From assembly GCA_001430755.1 (NCBI GenBank), contig CP013062.1, positions 150,001-182,000 of the forward strand: a DNA stretch of 32,000 nt, written 5' to 3'. Within the stretch, counting starts at the first letter, position 1, and each line of letters opens with the position of its first letter. The notes below the pieces were generated by a model. The model worked only from the letters and a program-made list of their open reading frames with translations, had not been told where the DNA came from and searched no databases. Below, one piece after another: positions 6,314-15,868 of this stretch. Made by a program: the position numbers and the translations under genes. Source of the stretch: Candidatus Peribacter riflensis (GTDB lineage: Bacteria > Patescibacteriota > Gracilibacteria > Peribacterales > Peribacteraceae).

Positions 6314-8638
6314 GTGCGACGGGTGTTCCCCCTCTTTCTCCTCGGCCTGCTCGTCTCTGCGGCGTCTGCCCAGTCAGAGCCGTTTCTGGATACTGTCCAT
6401 CATCCGCAAGCCGGACCGATCGAGGAGTTGAGAACGCGCGGCATCGCGCAGGGGTACGGCAACGGCATCTTCCGTCCCGATACTCCTATCAACCGTGCCG
6501 AGTTTTTAAAACTTGTCACACTTGCGGTGTTCGGGCGGATGTATGTGACTGATACGACAGCGTGCTTCGCCGATTTCCAGGACGAGGTGCAGTGGTACTG
6601 GATGACTGCGTGCGTGGCGAAGGAGGCCGGTCTCATCGATGGGTATCCCGACGGCACCTTTCGCGGCGGGCAGACTGTGAATCTGGCCGAGGCGCTGAAG
6701 ATGGCCGAAATGGCCTGGCAGATGCCGCTGCCGCAGTACTTTCGCGAGCCTGATCACTGGTATGACCCGTTCTTCGATGCCGTCGCGGACCGCGGCATCG
6801 CGGAGTACTTTCTGCACACTCCCGGCCATCTGCTCACGCGGGGGGACGCCGCATGGCTTCTCGTCGCTCTCGGGCAGCCCCTTGCAACTGTCGAGCAGCG
6901 CGCTTCATCCCGCTCGTCGGCGTTCTCGACATCCTCGGTTTCTTCTCCCTCCATCCACGGTGTCTGCGGTAATGGTCGCAGAGAGGGCACGGAGCAGTGC
7001 GATGACGGCAACCGCGAAGATGGCGACGGCTGCAGCTCCATCTGCATCATCGTTCCTGAGACGATTCAGCATTCCGCGATTCGCCTGGACCAGCGCTCTC
7101 TGGGCGAAGACACGCGCGCCGGCGGCTCCAGCCAGACCGTGCTCTTCTCGTTCGACGCCAATGCGCGTTGGCAGGATGCCATCCTCACGGGTCTGAAGCT
7201 CGAAGCGGAACTGGGAGCGCTCAGCGCAGCCGTGAACTACCGACTCTATGAAGATGTTGACGGTGATGGGCGTCCGGAATCAATCGTGGGATCGGGGATT
7301 GTGCGGGAGGGCGTGCTCTCGTTCTCAGGGCTGGATGCGCGCATTTTCATCATTCGCGGAAAACGTTTCGAGATCCGCGCCGATCTGGTGCAGGCGGCGG
7401 GGAGTGTGGCGCTCGGTTTCCGCACGACGGATTCTGCGTACGTGGAGGCCGTGGGCGCGCTCGACGGGCGCGAGCTCATTGGCATCCGGACCGATGACGG
7501 CGGATGCCCCCGTACGGACAATTGCTGGATTGCGGTGTACACCAAGGAATCTGAGACCGTCACCGTCGCCGAGCGCGGCAATCTGTTCGTCCGTGAAGCC
7601 ACCGCGCCGACGCGCAGCCATCAGCTCCTTGCCGGAGGCAAGACCGGCGATCTGCTGCGCTTGAGTTTCCGTGCGACCGATGAGGAGATCACCGTCCGGC
7701 GCCTGGCGATTCGCGGGGCGACGGATGCTGTGGAGCAGATTGAATTCTACGATCCGGGCATTGCCACGCCGTTCGCCATCGCGCACACCTCCGGATGCCG
7801 GACCCCCGCGACCGGCCAGTTCTGCACCTCTGTGAATTTCTCGGTGCACAAAGACATTGTCCGCGATGTGATCGTGCGCGCGGTGCTCAAGCCTGCCGAT
7901 GACGGGGCAGTGAGCGGCGATGCCGTCACCCTCATGCTGACGCCCGGCACGTCCGTCTCTGATCCGGCCGTGGAAGCCACGGGCGTGGCCTCGCAGGAGG
8001 ACCTGGTGCAGAACGACGGGGATTTCAGCGCAGAGGGCGAGATCTTCATCGGACGGGCAGCCGCAGGGGGAAACAACGCCATCGAAAGTTCCACGCATGA
8101 TGTCGTGCACAGCGGCATCGCGAGCATCACCAATGCCGCGACTGAGTTCGACGGCGCGGTGGTGCCGACAGGGCTGCGCACGTTTGGCTCCTTCCGTTTC
8201 CGGGCGCACGAGAAGCCGGCCACCGCCCGCGGATCGCGCTCGGTCCATCTGACGGACCTCACCTTCGATGTGACGGCGACGAGCGTGCGCTTTCAGACCG
8301 GCAGTTTCGTCCTCATCAATACGATTGCGCCCACCATCGCTTCCACCTGCACCGAAACGGGCATCACCGGTGCCTTCACCGTGACGTGTTCTGCATTTGT
8401 GGCAGAGGGGGTGCATGCGATCATTCCCTTCGGAGACTACGTGACGCTGGGGTTGCGGGGCTACATCGAGAGTTCCAAGACCGTTCCATCCGGAACGAGC
8501 ATGCTGCAGGTGAGCCTGGTGAATTTCAATGACCGTAGTGCGGCGGGCAGCGTGGTGTGGAATGACGGCACCACCACGTTTGAGTGGGTGGATAGCGATG
8601 CATCCGATGTACGCTCCACGCTCTATCAAACACCGTAA
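6314..8638 (+). CDS. large secreted SLH-domain protein with a Myxococcus-type cysteine-rich repeat
   Basis: GTG start with signal peptide MRRVFPLFLLGLLVSAASAQ. N-terminal SLH-like repeats are present (GYGNGIFRPDTPINRAEFLKLV; GYPDGTFRGGQTVNLAEALKMA). It contains CGNGRREGTEQCDDGNREDGDGCSSIC. The long beta-rich C-terminal region belongs to no family I recognise. Confidence 0.9.
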   Translation: MRRVFPLFLLGLLVSAASAQSEPFLDTVHHPQAGPIEELRTRGIAQGYGNGIFRPDTPINRAEFLKLVTLAVFGRMYVTDTTACFADFQDEVQWYWMTACVAKEAGLIDGYPDGTFRGGQTVNLAEALKMAEMAWQMPLPQYFREPDHWYDPFFDAVADRGIAEYFLHTPGHLLTRGDAAWLLVALGQPLATVEQRASSRSSAFSTSSVSSPSIHGVCGNGRREGTEQCDDGNREDGDGCSSICIIVPETIQHSAIRLDQRSLGEDTRAGGSSQTVLFSFDANARWQDAILTGLKLEAELGALSAAVNYRLYEDVDGDGRPESIVGSGIVREGVLSFSGLDARIFIIRGKRFEIRADLVQAAGSVALGFRTTDSAYVEAVGALDGRELIGIRTDDGGCPRTDNCWIAVYTKESETVTVAERGNLFVREATAPTRSHQLLAGGKTGDLLRLSFRATDEEITVRRLAIRGATDAVEQIEFYDPGIATPFAIAHTSGCRTPATGQFCTSVNFSVHKDIVRDVIVRAVLKPADDGAVSGDAVTLMLTPGTSVSDPAVEATGVASQEDLVQNDGDFSAEGEIFIGRAAAGGNNAIESSTHDVVHSGIASITNAATEFDGAVVPTGLRTFGSFRFRAHEKPATARGSRSVHLTDLTFDVTATSVRFQTGSFVLINTIAPTIASTCTETGITGAFTVTCSAFVAEGVHAIIPFGDYVTLGLRGYIESSKTVPSGTSMLQVSLVNFNDRSAAGSVVWNDGTTTFEWVDSDASDVRSTLYQTP

Positions 8639-8646
8639 AGACTCGC

Positions 8647-10443
<1,797 letters not shown>

Positions 10444-10579
10444 CTCATCCACTTTACCAGAATTCGGCACTTGCGGGAATACTCAGGATCCCAATTACTT
10501 AAGAATTTTGCGGTTATGCACGCAATGAGTGGCGAGTGTTCATCCGACTACGCTCAGGATGACATGCTCTGCAACATGC

Positions 10580-10615
10580 AAAAACCCCGCGCCACCCTTT
10601 CGGTGCGGCACGGGG
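10580..10615 (-). terminator. rho-independent terminator of the cold-shock gene
   Basis: On the minus strand an imperfect GC-rich hairpin (CCCCGTGCCGCACC...GGTGGCGCGGGG) is followed by TTTTT. It lies 19 nt after the CDS stop. Confidence 0.6.
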
Positions 10616-10633
10616 TAAATGCTAAGAGACGAA

Positions 10634-10828
10634 TTATCCAGCGACCACGTTCTCCGCCTTCGGACCCTTGTCGCCTTTCACAATGTCGAACGTAACAGTG
10701 TCGCCAACATTCATATTGTCGTACTGTCCGTTGCAGGCGCTATTGTGAAAAAACACATCAGCCGAACCGGGGACGGTGATAAAACCGAAGCCCTTTTCGG
10801 TCTTCGTCTTAATTGTTCCTGAAGCCAT
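10634..10828 (-). CDS. cold-shock protein (CspA family)
   Basis: 64-aa product with the RNP1-like motif KGFGFI and the RNP2-like motif VFFH. Confidence 0.95.
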   Translation of the reverse strand: MASGTIKTKTEKGFGFITVPGSADVFFHNSACNGQYDNMNVGDTVTFDIVKGDKGPKAENVVAG

Positions 10829-11017
10829 ACTACTGAATGGGGAAAAAAATGTGTCGAAATGACGAGGGCATTCTAGGCCCCTTCGTTCCCCAAAGCCACC
10901 ATAATCTCTGCATAATTCCCGGCTTCGAAAGCCACGGAACGGGAGGACCTACCCGCATGGCGGGATGATCAGGGCGACTGGGAGCGAAAGGGCACGGTTC
11001 TCCGCTATGCTCCTCGC

Positions 11018-12397
11018 ATGAGCAGGCGCAATGATCATTGGTCTTTGGGATGCATTACGCTCCTCTGCGGGCTTCTCTTCCCTTTCACGTTCGCGCAGGC
11101 CGCGAGTGCTCCGCCATTCCCGGACATGGCGAACTCGTGGTACGGCTACCAGGAGAGCACTCAGTACCTCAAAGACAAAGGCTCCATCGGCGGGTACCCC
11201 GATGGGCTCTTTCACCCCCAAGACACGGTCAACCGTGCGGAATTCCTGAAGCTCGTCTTCCGTTCGAAGGGAGCCGCGGAACCGGTCACGGAAGATTGCT
11301 TTGCCGATGTTCCGTCCGATGCGTGGTTCGCGCCGTTCGTGTGCGCGGCCAAGCGGCGTGGAATTATCCAGGGCTACACTGTGGGCTCCCGCCAGGTCTT
11401 CAAGCCGGAGCAGCCGATTAATTTTGCCGAGGCCATCAAGATGGCGGTGCTTTCGTACGGCAGCGAAATTGCCGAAGGCAGCGGCGAAAAGTGGTATCAG
11501 CCGTACGTGGATGAGCTTGATGCGAAGAAGATCCTCGCAAGCTGGTCGTACATTCCGTGGGCTCCCATCACGCGCGAGCGCGCCGCCGACCTGATCGCGC
11601 GTTACGTGCGGCACGATGAAGATCGCGTGCTCCCCCATCTCTCTCCCGGATGCGGCAAATCCGAACGCAATCCTTCGCTTACGCTCACTGTCGGGGGGCA
11701 GGAGAGAACGTATCTGCTCACGCAACCCTCCCATGCCAGTACCTCTACCCCTTCGACGCTCATCGTCGCGTTTCACGGCCGCACCAACGGTAACGCGCAG
11801 GTGCGCGCTTACTTCGGCTTAGACCGCTCTGCATCCGATTCCTTCATCGCCTACCCGTCCGGTATTCCCAATGGCAACGGCAGTTACTCGTGGTCTGACC
11901 CCGGCGACAAGGCACAGGAACTGCGCGACTTCGCGTTGTTTGATGCCATCGTGCGCGAAATCGGCGACAGTGCGTGTATCGACTTAGACCGCATCTACGT
12001 CGTCGGGCATTCGTTGGGCGCGTGGTTTGCCAATTCCGTCGCGTGCGCGCGCGGGGGAGTGGTGCGCGCTTCGGCAACAGTGGGCGGGTCCACGACCATG
12101 AAGAATTGCACGGGTCCCACGGCCGCGCTGATCATCAATAATCCCAAAGATACGCTTTCGTCCCATGTGGCTGCGGAGGCCATGCGCGATATCCGCATCG
12201 CGGCGAATACGTGTTCGCCAAAGAGCGCAAAAACGGAGCCTTCATCCCTCTCGTGCATGCAGTACGCCGATTGTCCGCTCAATCCCGTGGTCTTCTGCCC
12301 GCATACGATCGACCGGGATCGCCATGGCACGTACTACCCGCACCTGTGGCCGGATGGTACCGCGCAGGCGATGGTGAAGTTTTTTGAGGGGTTGTAG
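11018..12397 (+). CDS. secreted SLH-domain protein fused to an alpha/beta-hydrolase (PHB-depolymerase/esterase-like) domain
   Basis: Signal peptide followed by SLH-like repeats (FPDM...GYPDGLFHPQDTVNRAEFLKLV; FADV...GYTVGSRQVFKPEQPINFAEAIKMA). The C-terminal half has LIVAFHGRTNG and the nucleophile elbow GHSLGAW. Confidence 0.88.
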   Translation: MSRRNDHWSLGCITLLCGLLFPFTFAQAASAPPFPDMANSWYGYQESTQYLKDKGSIGGYPDGLFHPQDTVNRAEFLKLVFRSKGAAEPVTEDCFADVPSDAWFAPFVCAAKRRGIIQGYTVGSRQVFKPEQPINFAEAIKMAVLSYGSEIAEGSGEKWYQPYVDELDAKKILASWSYIPWAPITRERAADLIARYVRHDEDRVLPHLSPGCGKSERNPSLTLTVGGQERTYLLTQPSHASTSTPSTLIVAFHGRTNGNAQVRAYFGLDRSASDSFIAYPSGIPNGNGSYSWSDPGDKAQELRDFALFDAIVREIGDSACIDLDRIYVVGHSLGAWFANSVACARGGVVRASATVGGSTTMKNCTGPTAALIINNPKDTLSSHVAAEAMRDIRIAANTCSPKSAKTEPSSLSCMQYADCPLNPVVFCPHTIDRDRHGTYYPHLWPDGTAQAMVKFFEGL

Positions 12398-12501
12398 TAG
12401 GATTGAATATCCTCTGTTGAATCGCACCGACGAAAAAGCATATTTTTAATTACTGTCTAGAAAGATAGACAAGGTAGTGACTTGGTTCGATTGTTTAGCA
12501 C

Positions 12502-12825
12502 ATGCAAACCACTCAGCAAGAGATCGAAAGAGTACTTGAGAAAGTACAGATTATGTCCCTTCCAGAGAATGAACATATTTTTGATTTACATGTTCATGAA
12601 GAGAATAACATTTGGTTTATTGGCGGATGCGTTGGACCGTATGCGCACACCCTCGCCGACGGACAACCATATCCAGTACTGTGTCCATTACCTGTGTCTG
12701 ATTTAGAATTTACATCGAAAGAGGAAGCACTTGAATTTGCACAAGAGGTACACGATGTTTTGTTCGAGAGGGGGCTGGAACCCGATGCATCTACCTTTCG
12801 CCTTCTTGAAAGACAGTCTGTCTGA
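12502..12825 (+). CDS. hypothetical protein (107 aa), island-encoded
   Basis: This is the only sizeable ORF in this stretch and I recognised no family. A nested hairpin ending in a T-run follows it. Confidence 0.5.
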   Translation: MQTTQQEIERVLEKVQIMSLPENEHIFDLHVHEENNIWFIGGCVGPYAHTLADGQPYPVLCPLPVSDLEFTSKEEALEFAQEVHDVLFERGLEPDASTFRLLERQSV

Positions 12826-12883
12826 AGAAGGTGAGACACAGTTGCGGCAGGAGTAACGGCCAGAGAGGACGTGCTTATTTACC

Positions 12884-12958
12884 GGAAGATGCTTCACGCT
12901 TACGTTTCCGATTTTCAGTGGAGATACAATAATCGGAAGGCTTCACAGCATCTTTTTT
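12884..12958 (+). terminator. nested stem structure ending in T6, a terminator-like element
   Basis: The outer stem pairs AAGATGCT (12886-12893) with AGCATCTT (12947-12954). The inner stem pairs TTCCGATT (12906-12913) with AATCGGAA (12931-12938). TTTT follows. Confidence 0.4.
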
Positions 12959-13020
12959 GATCTGCTCCCTTCACGCGTGTTGTCGCGGCAAGCTCTAGGA
13001 GCTTGAAAAACTGATTACGG

Positions 13021-13416
13021 TTAGTCTTCATGTTTTTCAGGAAGCAGTCCTACTGAATCTCCGCTAAACAGCCAATTTACTACTATATATGCTAGTCCAA
13101 GTACCTTTGCCAAATTTTCAGTAATTAAAAGACCAATAAGCCACTTGGCACCTTCATCTTGTGGCGCAAATACTCCAACTCCAATTAGGGGAATCATTAC
13201 CATGTCGTAAATCACGATAAGAACGATGCACAATAGAATCCAACCAGACCATTTCTTTCTCATTGCGATAATGTCTTGTTTTTCTTGTGCAAGAAGCATC
13301 GCAGTCATCCTTCTATCTTCCAATTGAGAAAAGAGGGTAACGGGTATGGTTGGTGTCATACTTCTTTTTGTACCCAAGAGTTTAAGCGCCTCATTTTTTG
13401 TTGGCAGTGAATTCAT
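13021..13416 (-). CDS. small membrane protein (131 aa, 2-3 predicted TM helices), translationally coupled to the ImmA-like gene
   Basis: Hydrophobic segments WILLCIVLIVIYDMVMIPLIGVGVF and WLIGLLI...LGLAYIVVNWLF. Its ATG at 13416 overlaps the upstream TGA (ATGA overlap). A GTG at 13422 is an alternative start. Confidence 0.7.
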   Translation of the reverse strand: MNSLPTKNEALKLLGTKRSMTPTIPVTLFSQLEDRRMTAMLLAQEKQDIIAMRKKWSGWILLCIVLIVIYDMVMIPLIGVGVFAPQDEGAKWLIGLLITENLAKVLGLAYIVVNWLFSGDSVGLLPEKHED

Positions 13417-13940
13417 ATCCACTTCAGTCTAAATTTGATAACATCAGTGGATACGCCAAATATACCAGCTAAGAGTTCTTGATCTGCGTCGGTCTTATTA
13501 AGACTATATTGCTTCATGATTTTTTTGAGCATATCTAGTGGAACCAATAGACTCGCAGCAAAACAATTCGCCTCCTTCTCTATTGGATTATCTTCTTTTG
13601 GACGTGGATACCTTGGTAAAACTCCATACTCATTTGGTTTATGTCCTAGAATAAAATGACCAAGTTCATGAGCAATAGTAAAAGTTTGTCTATTTGGTGG
13701 GTCTGCACGATTCACAAAAATGATCTTTTGTTCTGGATCAAAGAAGCCAGCAACATCTCTCAATGTTTCTGGAAACTGAAGTACTTTCACAGTTAGGCCA
13801 TGTTTTTCTGCAAGACGGGTAATTGGAATTATTGGTTCCTCAATTTCATACTGCCGCAAAATTTCAGCAGCCTTATCTTTCGCCATATCGTATCGAGGTG
13901 AAAGAATAGCTGTCATATGCGCAAAGAATCTCACATTCAT
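13413..13940 (-). CDS. ImmA/IrrE-family (COG2856) zinc metallopeptidase
   Basis: The HEXXH motif HELGH lies at 13656-13670 in the context FTIAHELGHFILGH. The family-typical EKEANCFAASLLVP lies downstream. Alternative ATG starts are at 13916 and 13886, and the track start at 13961 is TTG. Confidence 0.88.
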   Translation of the reverse strand: MNVRFFAHMTAILSPRYDMAKDKAAEILRQYEIEEPIIPITRLAEKHGLTVKVLQFPETLRDVAGFFDPEQKIIFVNRADPPNRQTFTIAHELGHFILGHKPNEYGVLPRYPRPKEDNPIEKEANCFAASLLVPLDMLKKIMKQYSLNKTDADQELLAGIFGVSTDVIKFRLKWI

Positions 13941-14120
13941 ACAACTAGCACAAACTGACAATCATCTTATTTAGTATGAAAAGTATTGTTTTAGGTGCCA
14001 GTAATGAGTTTATGCAACTGTTGATCCTAGTCATAAAGGGGTAGTTACCTATTTACTTGGGTCCCAGACAGGGTTTTTTGAAGGTTGGGTTTTAGGAATG
14101 GGAGGGCAAGACGGTCGGGA

Positions 14121-15785
14121 TCAAGCAAAACAACCCTTTAGATATTCAATAAAATTAATCGCCTTTAGAAGTATCCGCTCAAACCCTATTTGGTATCCAA
14201 CTTTGTCGATGCCGAATTTCTTTAACAAAGCATCATATTCTTTGCCCTTTTTATGTGCCGCCCCTTTTGATCTTAGCTTCTGCAAATCACGTAGGAAGGA
14301 AATATGCAATTCGGCATCAGCACAGCTTTTTTCAGACATAAAACGAGAAAGCCATGTGATGCTTCCTTGTTTTTCTTTATTAATGTATTGCCGAGAACAG
14401 TGCTTGATCAATTCTTCTATATTGATTGATTCGATCAGGACGTGAGCCAATGACAAAATTTGATTATCAAATTCTGCCTGCGTATTTCGCAGAGGAATGT
14501 GCAGCGAATTTAGATGATGCGCATCCTTCTTCGGTAACTCTCCGAATAATTCCCAGCTGTTCTTCTCCTCCCAATCCTTTCTAAAAATTGAAAACCTATG
14601 TCTGAAAAGGAGGTCCGCTTTTTCTGGCTCTGAAAACTGCGCATAAAAATCTCTTTTCAACGATGTCTTGCTGATTGCTTCACCTGGAACGACATTGTGC
14701 GCAAGCCAATGAGCATGATCTTCAAAAGGAAGATCACGTCCCAGATCACCTAAATAAGCAGAAACATAATTTTTGAGATTGTTATCAATGTACATGCTCC
14801 ACATATGACCACAGGTGAGATGTCCATCGTGAACGGTGTATTTCGGGTCATTATAATACTTTTCCAACACTTCTCGCTTGAAGAACACCCGCGTGAGATA
14901 TTGGGGAGCATCAGGATTGGCACCGAAAAAATTTCCAAGCATATGGTGATTGCATGTGTATGACACAGGATCACCGTTTTCGTCTGTTTTAATTACATAC
15001 TTGGGATATTCTCGCTCCTCTTCCTCATCCTGTTTATAAGGCCAAATTCCGCTTTTCTCTTTGGGTAAACCAGTAAGAATTACTTTTCCGATCATTCTTG
15101 AAAAACTTGCTCGTGTATCCCCTCCGAATTTGTCCCGCCACGTCATACAAGTAAATGAAAACCGAGCACTGTCATTCGTATGTTCAAAGGCGATACGATC
15201 TTCATCGATGCCTAATTCTTCCAGGGTCTTATATGACCATCTGCAAAAAGTAAAACATAGGCACAAAGCCATGTCCTTGATCCCGAGAAATTGCCTAACT
15301 TGTTTCAGATGAGCACCAATGTAATCACCATTCATCTTTACTACATCTTCCAAATCTCCATTGTCTAAGACTTTTTGAAACGTGTTTTTTTGTTCATCAA
15401 AAAATAGATTGTGGTAGAGACGAAACTCCTCATTTAGTTCTTTGTATCCGTCTTTTACACCACCAAAGTCCCTTTCGATAATTAGTGGTTCATAATCATA
15501 AAAACTGCCGAAACGCTTGTACTCGATGGTTCCCCTTTTTCCTTTGGTAAACCCAACACAGCCTGGTTGACCATCTATCGAACAATCATGCCAATCCGAA
15601 CGCTTAAGTTCTTCGGGAATTCGTGAAGTAGGAATCATGCAGCAGTGAAACAAAAGATCATCAACTAGCTGCCTACTCTCCCGTCTTTCTCTTGAGTCAT
15701 GCAAGGTAAGCCATTGCTCTGTGCGCATTTTATTCAATACATACTCACGAAGATCCTCTTGGAGTAACCATGACTTGTCGCTCAT
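14121..15785 (-). CDS. large uncharacterised protein (554 aa) with a C-terminal HEPN-like Rx5H motif
   Basis: Long, clean AT-rich ORF. The C-terminal helical region contains LQKLRSKGAAHKKG, with the R and H codons at 14271-14273 and 14253-14255. His/Cys clusters occur at CNHHMLGNF and VHDGHLTCGHMW. I recognised no family for the first roughly 450 aa. Confidence 0.85.
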   Translation of the reverse strand: MSDKSWLLQEDLREYVLNKMRTEQWLTLHDSRERRESRQLVDDLLFHCCMIPTSRIPEELKRSDWHDCSIDGQPGCVGFTKGKRGTIEYKRFGSFYDYEPLIIERDFGGVKDGYKELNEEFRLYHNLFFDEQKNTFQKVLDNGDLEDVVKMNGDYIGAHLKQVRQFLGIKDMALCLCFTFCRWSYKTLEELGIDEDRIAFEHTNDSARFSFTCMTWRDKFGGDTRASFSRMIGKVILTGLPKEKSGIWPYKQDEEEEREYPKYVIKTDENGDPVSYTCNHHMLGNFFGANPDAPQYLTRVFFKREVLEKYYNDPKYTVHDGHLTCGHMWSMYIDNNLKNYVSAYLGDLGRDLPFEDHAHWLAHNVVPGEAISKTSLKRDFYAQFSEPEKADLLFRHRFSIFRKDWEEKNSWELFGELPKKDAHHLNSLHIPLRNTQAEFDNQILSLAHVLIESINIEELIKHCSRQYINKEKQGSITWLSRFMSEKSCADAELHISFLRDLQKLRSKGAAHKKGKEYDALLKKFGIDKVGYQIGFERILLKAINFIEYLKGCFA

Positions 15786-15791
15786 GTGTCA

Positions 15792-15818
15792 ATTATAGGG
15801 CACATGGGTCACATGCCC
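15792..15818 (-). promoter_or_regulatory. TATAAT box 6 nt upstream of the ATG, plus an adjacent imperfect palindrome (possible operator)
   Basis: The minus strand reads GGGCATGTGACCCATGTGCCC-TATAAT-tgacac-ATG. In the 21-nt palindrome, 7 of 10 positions are Watson-Crick pairs and 1 is a wobble pair. Confidence 0.4.
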
Positions 15819-15822
15819 ATAG

Positions 15823-15839
15823 TGGCTGGGGAGGAGGGA
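15823..15839 (-). repeat. 17-nt perfect copy of the tRNA-Gln 3' end (att-like remnant)
   Basis: TGGCTGGGGAGGAGGGA is identical to 17385-17401. That stretch covers the CCA, the discriminator, the 3' acceptor strand and the 3' T-stem strand of tRNA-Gln. Confidence 0.85.
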
Positions 15840-15868
15840 AAAGCAGACCGTTCCGCATGTTTCGTTCT

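Larger units (their letters stand above)
12398..15822. mobile_element. AT-rich genomic island (probable horizontal acquisition) with no recombinase gene
   Basis: Composition drops sharply by eye between two GC-rich genes. The island carries four ORFs unrelated to neighbouring functions. Its right edge abuts a 17-nt copy of the tRNA-Gln 3' end (15823-15839). Confidence 0.6.

Noticed and set aside
12376-12420. Possible third, degenerate copy of the tRNA-Gln 3' end marking the left edge of the AT-rich island (GATGG... and AGGATTGAA resemble GATGGCTGG... and AGGGATTCGAA)
   Set aside because: The matching pieces are short, need indels, and are not collinear: the offset is 30 nt here versus 16 nt in the tRNA. 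This is indistinguishable from chance, so the left boundary remains undefined.
12454-12471. Inverted repeat TGTCTA-N6-TAGACA upstream of the 12502 ORF as an operator
   Set aside because: The arms are only 6 bp in AT-rich DNA, no clear promoter is associated with it, and it is too weak to call.
12483-12496. GGTTCGATT, a T-loop-like string suggesting a tRNA fragment on the + strand
   Set aside because: The flanking bases cannot form a T-stem, and no acceptor or anticodon arm can be drawn.
12965-13005. Hairpin CAAGCTC-TAG-GAGCTTG as the terminator of the ImmA and membrane-gene operon
   Set aside because: The T-run lies on the wrong side of the stem for the minus-strand transcript, and an A-run follows it on the plus strand. 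It is therefore not a canonical intrinsic terminator in either direction.
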